Made by a program: the position numbers and the translations under genes. Under the pieces are notes generated by a model. It was not told the origin of the DNA. It was given only the letters and a program-made list of their open reading frames with translations, and made no database searches. Of a DNA stretch of 64,000 bases, positions 52,285 through 64,000 are shown in pieces (within the stretch, counting starts at the first letter, position 1; each line of letters begins with the position of its first letter). This DNA is from Octopus bimaculoides (Eukaryota), in the NCBI RefSeq assembly GCF_001194135.2, contig NC_068982.1:110559312-110623311 (forward strand), written 5' to 3'.

Positions 52285-52906
52285 GGGGTGGGAGCGCTAA
52301 GCAGTGATATGTACAAATGCAATGTTATTAGTTCGAATAGGCTGATAGCACGTTTACAAGTTCGGACTTGTAAACACGCCATTCACTGTGTTTTATCATG
52401 GAGAAAATTTCTCGTTGTAGACAAATGGTGTAAACACATCTAAATCAGTTCGATGCGCCACCTATCCAGACTCTGAGAAGCAAGTATTTCGGAGTGGTTA
52501 TCTCCTCTTCAGTCACAGAAACCGAATGGCGGCTCTGGGAGCTGATAAGAGAGACAATCTCTCTCATGTAATTCCAGTCAACATACGTCGACTGGTAGCG
52601 CAAATCGACTGCTCATCGTAATTAAATTTATACAGATCATTACTAAGCAATGATCTGTATAAATTCAATGTTATTACCATCCCGTAATTTAATTACGATG
52701 AGCCGTCGATTTCTGTGACTGAAGAGGAGATAACCACTCCGAAATATTTCTCACAGTCTGGATAGGTGGTGCTGCAAGCTGATTTAGGTGTATTTACACC
52801 ATTTGTCTACAGCGAGAAATTTTCTCCATGAGAAAACAGAGTAAACGGCTTGTTTACAAGCCCGAACGTGCTATTATCATATTCGAACTGGCAATAACAT
52901 GGTACT

Positions 52907-52937
<31 letters not shown>

Positions 52938-53100
52938 GCTTAACGCTCTCGCCCTGTAATTTAATTACGGTGAGCTGTCGATTTGCGCTACCAGCCGACG
53001 TATGTTGACTGGAATAACATAAAGGAGATTGTCTCTCTTATCAGCTCACAGCGTCACCGTCTGGTTTCTGTGAAGGAAGAGGAGATAACCACTCTGAAAT
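52285..53100. repeat. Long imperfect inverted repeat (fold-back) with a rearranged right arm
   Basis: Perfect 37-bp IR (52485-52521 / 52710-52746), 38/39-bp IR (52571-52609 / 52977-53015) and a central 17-bp hairpin (52625-52665). Confidence 0.92.
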
Positions 53101-54213
53101 GTTTTATTCAATTATTGGAAAGGAAATGGCATCAATTAAGAAAGGTTAAAAGTTGCATTCTTAAAAGTTTTATTTTGATAACTTACCAAAAACGCTTATT
53201 GTTTATATTATAGTAAAGATAACCGTACTAAAATTATAAATATTAAAACAATGCATTAACGTCAGAATTATATGAATATATGGTTGATGTGTAAAAACAT
53301 ACTTGCCCAATGAACAACGCTGCAATATTGAGGATTTGTAATTTCACTCATCAAATTAATACACAAATACATTTATTTAACGAATTTTTGTCTGGACAAA
53401 CTGTGTAGAATATGTTCACAATGCAACATTTGCAAAGGTATTAAACTAATTTTAAAAAATCAAACAAATTATCTATGAAATTAATTAAAGCAACTCAGTC
53501 AATGGAAATTTGGTCTATTAATGTTGTGGGCCAAAAATGTCTGCGAGCCGTAACAAAAACTTAAAACCGAGCCAACGGTGGAGTTTGTGTGTGGTTATTC
53601 GATCTGCTAGAGATAGCAGCTAAATCTTTTAACACACACTCAACTGTTTTAAAGTAGGGTACATTGAATAGTGTATCCAGGGGTACACTTTACTCGAAAA
53701 ATTGATGGACTATCGTAACTGGAATGCCTTTGGATATAGATCTACTTGAGCAAGGTTAAACAACAAAGACTATACTGAATAAGGCTTATATCAAAATGCG
53801 GGGTTTAACTGGTGGAAAATGGGTAACCACAGAAAAATGCGTGCCTTCAAGAATCATGGGCTTTCATTTACCGTAAAGAGGACCTTTCCACCGCGAATTT
53901 CCTTGTTATTACTCTGAGCTTGAATAATTTTTTGTACCGTCCGTATTGTAAAATCAATAAAGCGGTAAATTATATGCCTAAAAATTTTAATCAGTTCAGG
54001 AATATTAACAATTTAGGAATATTTCTCTTAACCATTTTAACATTTCAGCCAATAAGCAAATCTTTAGGCTATTATCCATGTATTACAACGTAACCCTTTC
54101 CAAAAGTGTATTCAAAATGAGAAAATTAAATACACTAAAGAACCAATACGATTAGTCAACCATAGGTGTAGAAGTAAGAGATAATGTTGCTTTACATGTA
54201 TGTATGTATGTAT

Positions 54214-54259
<46 letters not shown>

Positions 54260-54260
<1 letters not shown>

Positions 54261-54645
54261 GAGGCGCAATGGCCCAGTGGTTAGGGCAGCGGACTCGTGG
54301 TCATAGGATCGCGGTTTCAATTCCCAAACCGGGCGTTGTGAGTGTTTATTGAGTGAAAACACCTAAAGCTCCACGAAGTTCCGGCACGGGATGGTTGCGA
54401 ACCCTGCTGTACTCTTTCACCACAACTTTCTCTCACTCTTACTTCCTGTTTCTGTTGTGCCTGTAATTCAAAGGGTCAGCCTTGTCCCACTGTGTCACGC
54501 TGAATATCCCCGAGAACTACGTTAAGGGTACACGTGTCTGTGGAGTGCTCAGCCACTTGCACGTTAATTTCACGAGCAGGCTGTTCCGTTGATTGGATCA
54601 ACTGGAACCCTCGACGTCGTAAGCGACGGAGTGCCAACAACAACA
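54260..54645 (+). mobile_element. tRNA-derived SINE, family 3, with (ACA)n tail
   Basis: A box TGGCCCAGTGG, B box GGTTTCAATTCC, about 385 bp, ending CCAACAACAACA. Inserted next to a (CA)n tract. Confidence 0.8.
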
Positions 54646-56331
54646 TACACACACATATAAAATAATGAAGTCAAACCAAGTAATATTTTGAATGTATTTA
54701 ATACGTCTGTTTCAGATAACTGTGTAATAAATGAAAAGAGAACTTCATCTCTTACGCAAAAGGACACCATCTTAAGTAATATTATTCAGTTTTCGTCAAA
54801 TCCCATATGTAACCGGAAATCGAAATGTTGTTTTGGCAGGATGTATAGGGTGCTGATTATAGCACGCTTTAACTGGAAGTAAGGCCAGCATGTATCGTAG
54901 AATAATTTAATAATCATTCTAAGATACACGCAGTGTGCGTTGGTTAACAATATTTTTTGAGTGACAATTCGAATGTAGTGCACAAGTGTTTGGGTTAATG
55001 CAATTATTAGTAATTAGATTGGTAGTAGGTTGGTGCTGTTAGAGAGGTTTGATTCACCAAAGAACCTGTCGTACATAAACACTATGAAAAGATTGAACTC
55101 TGTATGCATAAAAGACTGCAAACATATTTACTCTATAAACCGAGATCCGATCTCCACTAGTAATTCTTATGTCGAAATAATCTAGTTCTACTTATATAAC
55201 TATCTTTCGTTCTTTGATTACATTAATTATACTTATTTCGTGACTTCAGTATACCTTTTCACACTATATCTCATTTATGCACTACTCCTCATATTAACAA
55301 CGCATTTCTTTCGTCAACACAATTATATTCTACTTTTATAATTAGCAACAAATATTTATGCAAGTTCTTTATTTTCTAGCCATAACAGAAATGACTTTCT
55401 TACACCTAACGTCCTATATACATCTTTAATTAGTCCCCTACGTAAATAGTAATATAAACTTAACTGCAAAAATAGAATTAACTGAGCTAATTATTATCTT
55501 AACCAACTTTTAACCTATTCAATTAGTTACATACATAAATAGCATATTCCATCTATACCATAATATATTTTAATCTGTCTTTTCCATTTCTTTCATCTTA
55601 ACCACTTTAATTTATCCTCACCCGAATACAACTATTTTCAAGTAACACCATATTCACGCTACCTCAAGTATTTCAAGACACAAACAGCGTTTTATTACCG
55701 CTAAGTTAATTAATTTTTTTGAAAGTGCATATCTACATCGCACGCAGAAATACAGAAAGATGTACAATGTAGGTAATTCTACAGCTTATTATTTGAAAGT
55801 CATTAGCAATGAGCATTGAGAAGATGTAAAAAAAAAAAGACTAAAATGAAAAAAAACTATTGTTCACTTAAGTAAACCGAAAATTTATCGGAAAGTCTTT
55901 CAAATCTCTTTCGAGATAATTGTCATTCATCAGTGATGTACCACCATTCATCGGTTATTCTTCGTGTTTATATTTTTATTTTTACTTAATGCACATAAAT
56001 AGATATTTTAGGACAATAACATCTGACCCACTCCACTTGTTCTTATAATCTGCAATCCAAAGATTTATAATCTGCATATCCTAATTTTTTCATATACCAG
56101 ATTGTCATAAAATAACTTACTTCCCTTATCATTAACTCTTTAAGTTTAAAAATAACCCAGCACACTTACTTCTATGAATACTGGTAAGAGACATTATTTG
56201 TAAAAATACATCTTACTATTTTTAGTTTCTTATCCATTACGAATTTGCACAATCAAGCACATATGCTTGTTCGCATTTTAACGTCCGTAATCTAGCTCAA
56301 ATAAATAATAACAAAGGCTCAGGAGCGGCTA

Positions 56332-56496
56332 TAGGCGCAGGAGTGGCTGTGCGGTAAGTCGCTTGCTTACCAACTACATGGTTCCGGGTTCAGTCCCACT
56401 GCGTGACAACTTGGGCCAATGTCTTCTACTATAGCCTCGGGCCGAGCAAAGTCTTGTGAGTGGATTTGGTAGCCGGAAACTAAACTAAGCCCGTCG

Positions 56497-56527
<31 letters not shown>

Positions 56528-56754
56528 AAGTATGTATTTGTGTGCCTGTGTTTGTCCTCTAGCCATCGCTTGACAACCGATGTTGGTGTGCTTACGCCCC
56601 CGTAACTTAGCGGTTCGGTAAAAGATATCGATAGAATAAGTACTAGGCTTACAAAGAATATGTCCTGGGGTCGATTTGTTCGACTAAAGGCGGTGCTCCA
56701 GCATGGCAGGAGTCAAATAACTGAAACAAATAAGAGGATAAAAGAATAAAAGAA
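56332..56754 (+). mobile_element. tRNA-derived SINE, family 1 (full length, CpG-rich)
   Basis: GGCGCAGGAGTGGCTGTGCGG...GGTTCAGTCCC head, internal (TA)(TG) microsatellite, A-rich tail. Partial heads of this family also occur near 4020, 6340, 10470, 11220, 12330, 12730, 32520 and 57860. Confidence 0.9.
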
Positions 56755-57743
56755 AAAGCCCAATCCAGTTTCCCTCAGCGGNNNNNNNNNNNNNNNNNNN
56801 NNNNNNNNNNNNNNNNNNNNNNNNNNNNNNNNNNNNNNNNNNNNNNNNNNNNNNNNNNNNNNNNNNNNNNNNNNNNNNNNNNNNNNNNNNNNNNNNNNNN
56901 NNNNNNNNNNNNNNNNNNNNNNNNNNNNNNNNNNNNNNNNNNNNNNNNNNNNNNNNNNNNNNNNNNNNNNNNNNNNNNNNNNNNNNNNNNNNNNNNNNNN
57001 NNNNNNNNNNNNNNNNNNNNNNNNNNNNNNNNNNNNNNNNNNNNNNNNNNNNNNNNNNNNNNNNNNNNNNNNNNNNNNNNNNNNNNNNNNNNNNNNNNNN
57101 NNNNNNNNNNNNNNNNNNNNNNNNNNNNNNNNNNNNNNNNNNNNNNNNNNNNNNNNNNNNNNNNNNNNNNNNNNNNNNNNNNNNNNNNNNNNNNNNNNNN
57201 NNNNNNNNNNNNNNNNNNNNNNNNNNNNNNNNNNNNNNNNNNNNNNNNNNNNNNNNNNNNNNNNNNNNNNNNNNNNNNNNNNNNNNNNNNNNNNNNNNNN
57301 NNNNNNNNNNNNNNNNNNNNNNNNNNNNNNNNNNNNNNNNNNNNNNNNNNNNNNNNNNNNNNNNNNNNNNNNNNNNNNNNNNNNNNNNNNNNNNNNNNNN
57401 NNNNNNNNNNNNNNNNNNNNNNNNNNNNNNNNNNNNNNNNNNNNNNNNNNNNNNNNNNNNNNNNNNNNNNNNNNNNNNNNNNNNNNNNNNNNNNNNNNNN
57501 NNNNNNNNNNNNNNNNNNNNNNNNNNNNNNNNNNNNNNNNNNNNNNNNNNNNNNNNNNNNNNNNNNNNNNNNNNNNNNNNNNNNNNNNNNNNNNNNNNNN
57601 NNNNNNNNNNNNNNNNNNNNNNNNNNNNNNNNNNNNNNNNNNNNNNNNNNNNNNNNNNNNNNNNNNNNNNNNNNNNNNNNNNNNNNNNNNNNNNNNNTAT
57701 GGAGTCACTTAATATCCTTACTATATATATAGATATCTATCAA

Positions 57744-57777
<34 letters not shown>

Positions 57778-58030
57778 CGCACACACATATACGTACATAT
57801 GTACATACAAACATACATATATATACATATATATAAAATATCACATCTACATGAGTGACTGTATGGTAAGAATCTTGCTTCCCAGTCACACGGCTCTGCG
57901 TTCAATTCCACTGTGTGACACTTTGAGCAAGTGTCTTCTACTATAACCTCGGGATGACCAAAGCCTTGGGAGTGTATTTGGCAGGCGGAAACTGAAAGAA
58001 GCCTGTCATATACATATATATATATATATA

Positions 58031-58070
<40 letters not shown>

Positions 58071-58977
58071 TGTGTGTGTGGGTGTGTGTGTGTATGTGTG
58101 CGTGCGTGTGTGTGTGCGTGCGTGTGTGTGTGAACGTGTGTGTATGAGTGTTTGTGTGNNNNNNNNNNNNNNNNNNNNNNNNNNNNNNNNNNNNNNNNNN
58201 NNNNNNNNNNNNNNNNNNNNNNNNNNNNNNNNNNNNNNNNNNNNNNNNNNNNNNNNNNNNNNNNNNNNNNNNNNNNNNNNNNNNNNNNNNNNNNNNNNNN
58301 NNNNNNNNNNNNNNNNNNNNNNNNNNNNNNNNNNNNNNNNNNNNNNNNNNNNNNNNNNNNNNNNNNNNNNNNNNNNNNNNNNNNNNNNNNNNNNNNNNNN
58401 NNNNNNNNNNNNNNNNNNNNNNNNNNNNNNNNNNNNNNNNNNNNNNNNNNNNNNNNNNNNNNNNNNNNNNNNNNNNNNNNNNNNNNNNNNNNNNNNNNNN
58501 NNNNNNNNNNNNNNNNNNNNNNNNNNNNNNNNNNNNNNNNNNNNNNNNNNNNNNNNNNNNNNNNNNNNNNNNNNNNNNNNNNNNNNNNNNNNNNNNNNNN
58601 NNNNNNNNNNNNNNNNNNNNNNNNNNNNNNNNNNNNNNNNNNNNNNNNNNNNNNNNNNNNNNNNNNNNNNNNNNNNNNNNNNNNNNNNNNNNNNNNNNNN
58701 NNNNNNNNNNNNNNNNNNNNNNNNNNNNNNNNNNNNNNNNNNNNNNNNNNNNNNNNNNNNNNNNNNNNNNNNNNNNNNNNNNNNNNNNNNNNNNNNNNNN
58801 NNNNNNNNNNNNNNNNNNNNNNNNNNNNNNNNNNNNNNNNNNNNNNNNNNNNNNNNNNNNNNNNNNNNNNNNNNNNNNNNNNNNNNNNNNNNNNNNNNNN
58901 NNNNNNNNNNNNNNNNNNNNNNNNNNNNNNNNNNNNNNNNNNNNNNNNNNNNNNNNNNNNNNNNNNNNNNNNNNNNN

Positions 58978-59031
<54 letters not shown>

Positions 59032-59040
59032 TCGTATATA

Positions 59041-60276
59041 TTCGAGGGTTGTATCGAAATTAATGCGAAAGTGGGCAAAACTTTTTTATTAAATGATATT
59101 GCACATGTTGATATTGCACATAGGAACTCTTCTTGTTCTTTTCTCTTGCATGTAAATAATGGGTTCGAAGCAGAAGCAACACGTTGCTTCTGCATTGAGT
59201 TCTTGGCAAAGGAGGAGTGCTGGCTGTTCGAAATCCACAAAAGAGAATAGGTTGTTTATGGAGATGACATAATTGACAAAAGCAATGTGCACATATGAAT
59301 AAAGTCTAAAGAAGACGCAATCAACATTAAAGAAAAAACCCACAATGTTGGAGACCATCAACTGCGATCACTAACAGGAATCTCCAGCTAGTGGACGAAT
59401 TGATGAGTGTGGACAGATGAGTCACAATTCGTGCGATTGCCGCACAACTAGTCTATGGACACAATGCAATACAGAAGATAGTAGAAGACTTTGGGTGTCG
59501 AAAAATGTGTGCAAAGTGGGTACTAAGCAGTTGACACCTGATTTGAAAGATGAAGAGGGCTCTAATCTGCTGGAAATGTTTGAAGCTGTTGAAAACTTGT
59601 TTTTTTCCGATCTGGTGACAGAAGATGAAAGGTGGACATATCTTTATGATCTGAAAACGAAGACTTAGACCATGGAATGTCATCACGTCTCTTCTCAAAG
59701 TTATAAGAAGTTCAAGAGCAAGGGCTCAGTATAGAAAATCATGGTGATTGTATTTTGGGGATGACAAGGGCTTCATTCTTCTTGATTTTCTGGAACATTG
59801 CTGTATCATGAACAGCGTGTAATACATTGAGGCGCTCAAAAAAAGCTTGGAGAAGTGACCGAGCAAGAATCTGAAAACGACCCATATTCACCCGGCAACA
59901 AATCAATTAGAAAATTGGGCTAGTCAGTGGTCTGCCATTCACTTTACAGCCCTGATCTGGAACTCTCCCAAACTTCCATCTGTTCCATCCAGTGAAGAAC
60001 AGCCTTCGGGGGCAACGATTTGATGACACAAATAAAGTGACAATGGCTGTGAAAAAAATGGGCACACCAACACATGCCTGAACTGTTTCAAAGAGGATTC
60101 GGGAGTTGGATCTGGTGATGGCGCAAATGCTTGGCTTGTGATGGAGACTATGTTGAGTAATGCTTTTAAACAGAGGAATAGTCACTGTACCAACAGGAGC
60201 ATTTCGAACACCAACCTGTGTCCGTTAATTAAAAAGTTGGGCTAATTTTTGTATTACTTTCTGTTCAACTTTCGTA
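59041..60276 (+). mobile_element. Near-full-length but inactivated mariner (DD34D) element
   Basis: CGAGGG... left end and ...ATTACTTTCTGTTCAACTTTCG-TA right end. Transposase remnants IEFLAKEEC..EIH, VTEDERWTYLYDLKTK and PLYSPDL, with stops and frameshifts. Confidence 0.85.
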
Positions 60277-60284
60277 TATGTATA

Positions 60285-60337
<53 letters not shown>

Positions 60338-63199
60338 NNNNNNNNNNNNNNNNNNNNNNNNNNNNNNNNNNNNNNNNNNNNNNNNNNNNNNNNNNNNNNN
60401 NNNNNNNNNNNNNNNNNNNNNNNNNNNNNNNNNNNNNNNNNNNNNNNNNNNNNNNNNNNNNNNNNNNNNNNNNNNNNNNNNNNNNNNNNNNNNNNNNNNN
60501 NNNNNNNNNNNNNNNNNNNNNNNNNNNNNNNNNNNNNNNNNNNNNNNNNNNNNNNNNNNNNNNNNNNNNNNNNNNNNNNNNNNNNNNNNNNNNNNNNNNN
60601 NNNNNNNNNCATACACGCGCACACACATACACATCTGAGAGTTGAATGAAATACACTGACCGAAGCATATACATCTATAACTATAAAAGAGAGTTTCTAT
60701 ATGTGTGTGTGAGTGCGTATGTTCCTTATGCATTCCAAAACCGAGTTTCCGATTTTGACGTAAGGGGTATCAAAAGATTCAGTAAGCTTTTGGCTACCAA
60801 CTAAACTATATTTTCATTCACATATTTGCATTACGAAAATTTAACATCATTTTTCTTTTAATCACCTATTGTAAACGACATTTTATATCACTATCATAAT
60901 GACAATGATGTCACATTTTCTGTATGAGTGTGTCTGCACGTTCGTTACCTACGTTAGGCTGATGACTGACAAGTATATGCGTGTGACGGTGTATGTATCT
61001 CTGTCAGTATACATGCATTTTTGTGACGACTGATACACACACACACATCTAAAGACAGAGACAGACACAGACACACACAGGGACAGAGATAGGCTTCACA
61101 TGTGTGTTAATGTACGTGTGTGTGTCTCTTAGTTTATGTATGTAACTTCCCTTCCCCCCAACAGTGAGACGCGCAGATATTGAAACTTCTTTACTTGCGG
61201 CTTCGACTTCAAACAAACAACAACGTTCTCTTTCAAGTACTACCAACATGAAGATTTGACTGATTTAACACTACTCACAATACTCGCAAATATNNNNNNN
61301 NNNNNNNNNNNNNNNNNNNNNNNNNNNNNNNNNNNNNNNNNNNNNNNNNNNNNNNNNNNNNNNNNNNNNNNNNNNNNNNNNNNNNNNNNNNNNNNNNNNN
61401 NNNNNNNNNNNNNNNNNNNNNNNNNNNNNNNNNNNNNNNNNNNNNNNNNNNNNNNNNNNNNNNNNNNNNNNNNNNNNNNNNNNNNNNNNNNNNNNNNNNN
61501 NNNNNNNNNNNNNNNNNNNNNNNNNNNNNNNNNNNNNNNNNNNNNNNNNNNNNNNNNNNNNNNNNNNNNNNNNNNNNNNNNNNNNNNNNNNNNNNNNNNN
61601 NNNNNNNNNNNNNNNNNNNNNNNNNNNNNNNNNNNNNNNNNNNNNNNNNNNNNNNNNNNNNNNNNNNNNNNNNNNNNNNNNNNNNNNNNNNNNNNNNNNN
61701 NNNNNNNNNNNNNNNNNNNNNNNNNNNNNNNNNNNNNNNNNNNNNNNNNNNNNNNNNNNNNNNNNNNNNNNNNNNNNNNNNNNNNNNNNNNNNNNNNNNN
61801 NNNNNNNNNNNNNNNNNNNNNNNNNNNNNNNNNNNNNNNNNNNNNNNNNNNNNNNNNNNNNNNNNNNNNNNNNNNNNNNNNNNNNNNNNNNNNNNNNNNN
61901 NNNNNNNNNNNNNNNNNNNNNNNNNNNNNNNNNNNNNNNNNNNNNNNNNNNNNNNNNNNNNNNNNNNNNNNNNNNNNNNNNNNNNNNNNNNNNNNNNNNN
62001 NNNNNNNNNNNNNNNNNNNNNNNNNNNNNNNNNNNNNNNNNNNNNNNNNNNNNNNNNNNNNNNNNNNNNNNNNNNNNNNNNNNNNNNNNNNNNNNNNNNN
62101 NNNNNNNNNNNNNNNNNNNNNNNNNNNNNNNNNNNNNNNNNNNNNNNNNNNNNNNNNNNNNNNNNNNNNNNNNNNNNNNNNNNNNNNNNNNNNNNNNTTT
62201 ATTGTGTAATTTGTGTTTGTGATGAACGTATTTAAAAACCTGATCTTCGATATAAACTTAAAAGGAAGTTTTCCCATAAATCCTGTCCTTTACCTTTTCT
62301 TTCTAGCATGTCCGAGGTGACATTTCCGTCCCCCACTTATTTTTTTCCTAAATTTCTTCCGATTCTTATGTTTGCGATACAGGAGATTACGATTTCACCC
62401 ACAAAACACTTTCACAATATTTTTATTTTCTTCCTCTCTACACTAAATGAATTTTTTATTTATTTCAAATTTTTAGTCTTGGTAATCCATGGAGAAAAAA
62501 CAGAGAGTACGAATCTTCAAGAATTTTACCCATCACCTCACCACTTTCAAAAAGCTACACACTCTCAATGTTTCACTTTTAGCTCTTTGGAAAGCAGGGA
62601 AGTTTCTTCAGAAATAATATCGTTTACCTGTTGTTTCTAGCATGTCGGGTTTTCTGATGGTGGTCGGGTATTTTTTAAGTCTACTATTTCAGTAGAATTC
62701 TATGCATGCGGGAAACATCAGGCAAAAGTGAAAGACTGGGAGATTTTAGCTTTTTGAAAGCTGGTAGGTAACGAGGGGGTGTGGTGGGGAAGGGACATTG
62801 AGTGTTTCTTTAAGAAAAATTGAACTATAATATATATATTTCCAAGATTCGTAATCTCTGTATTTTTCTACGTAGATAACAGAAAAAAAAGTTACAAATT
62901 AAGAAATTGCGGTGAGGATAGAAGGAAATTAAAATTTTGAAAACGTGGTTTCTGGATTAAATCGTATTAACCCCTTTTATACGATGAAAAAATACATAGT
63001 TTCTGATCCTTCTTAAGAACAGAAAGCACTTTCATGCAAACCCATGCAAATTGTACACACGCCCTTCACTATTAAACAAAAGATAACTTCCATTATTCCA
63101 TTAACTATATATCAACTGTGCCGATTCTGCCCATAAGGAAGGAGCAAATAATACAATGTGCTTGTAGGTCATAACACCCGAGTAACGCCGGGATACATT

Positions 63200-64000
63200 G
63201 CTAGTGTTGAATAAAATTCATACTGAATAATATGGAATGAAGCATAGACAGACACACATTATAGATAAACATGCAAACATATAGTGAATAACACACACTC
63301 ACACACACACACTTACAATCTCTCTCTCTCTCTCCCTCTCTCCCTCTCTCTATCACACACACACTAAATGAAATACACTTACTGAATAAAATCCGCATAT
63401 ATACTAAATAACACATTGTATGAAACTTATACACACATATACAATGAATGAAATACACATACAATGAAACACACACACATACATACACACTCGCCCTCTC
63501 TCTCTCTCCTTCTCTCGTTCTCTTTCTTTGTCTCGGTTTTTGTTTCTCTCTCGCTCTCCCTTTCACTACTGTTCGTTCTGATGCATCTGTCTGTCAATTT
63601 TCGCTCTCTCTCTCCTTCTTCTAACTCCTCCCTCTCCTCCTTACCTTTTCTCCCCCTCCCCTCACTCCTTCTCCATTCCTCTCCCTTTGTCCGCACGCGT
63701 ATATCTGGGATTGTACACTCACTTTGTCTTTCTGTTTTAGTGCTTGAGACGTCTTTTGTCACTGTCATTCATACGCACATGCTAACACCCACCCACATGC
63801 GTGCGCGTGTGCATACATACACACACACACACACACTCTCTCTCTCTCTTGCATACACACACACACTCTCTCTCTCTTGCATACACACACACACTCTCTC
63901 TCTCTTGCACACACACACACACTCTCTCTCTTGCATACACACACACACACTCACTCACACACACTCACACAACTCACACACATACATACACACACATACT
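63200..64000. repeat. Compound (CA)/(CT) microsatellite region with a ~26-30 bp unit CTCTCTCTTGCATACACACACACA
   Basis: Direct reading; unit repeated about 4 times at 63840-63950. Confidence 0.85.

Noticed and set aside
54260-54330. tRNA gene (A and B boxes present); likewise 56332-56400
   Set aside because: No complete cloverleaf and no oligo-T terminator; the sequence continues into a SINE body and tail.
55050-55700. G-poor, strand-skewed AT-rich stretch suggesting a NUMT
   Set aside because: I could not recognise any mitochondrial protein or rRNA motif. BLASTN against the mitogenome would settle it.
42500-62277. Long ORFs (200-500 aa) in the ORF track
   Set aside because: They consist of X residues from N gaps plus microsatellite dipeptides (HT, CV, YI); they are artefacts.

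Overview
AT-rich, microsatellite- and repeat-dense eukaryotic scaffold with many N gaps. The repeat families resemble those of Octopus/coleoid cephalopods (inference). Two complete multi-exon genes could be reconstructed by hand from GT-AG splice sites with consistent phases, and they are arranged tail-to-tail. On +, a TVP23/FAM18-family Golgi membrane protein gene has 6 coding exons (12887-22321, 214 aa). On -, PTCD1, a mitochondrial pentatricopeptide-repeat protein, has 9 coding exons (39183-24045, about 743 aa if the ATG at 39183 is the start). The rest is decayed mobile DNA: a Ty3/Gypsy LTR remnant, RTE and CR1-like LINE fragments, three tRNA-derived SINE families, Tc1/mariner copies (DD34D, DD37D) and MITEs, a hAT MITE and simple repeats. 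No rRNA, bona fide tRNA or CRISPR array was found, and I see no convincing evidence of a wholly new biological system. The most interesting observations are a ~0.8 kb rearranged fold-back palindrome at 52.3-53.1 kb, an inverted SINE pair flanking a frame-preserving PTCD1 exon, a CpG-decay contrast between genic and intergenic copies of the same repeats, a 63-bp tandem duplication in the basic PTCD1 N-terminus, and a 6x AGGTCA array inside a SINE. All identifications come from manual translation and recalled family motifs; no database search was run.
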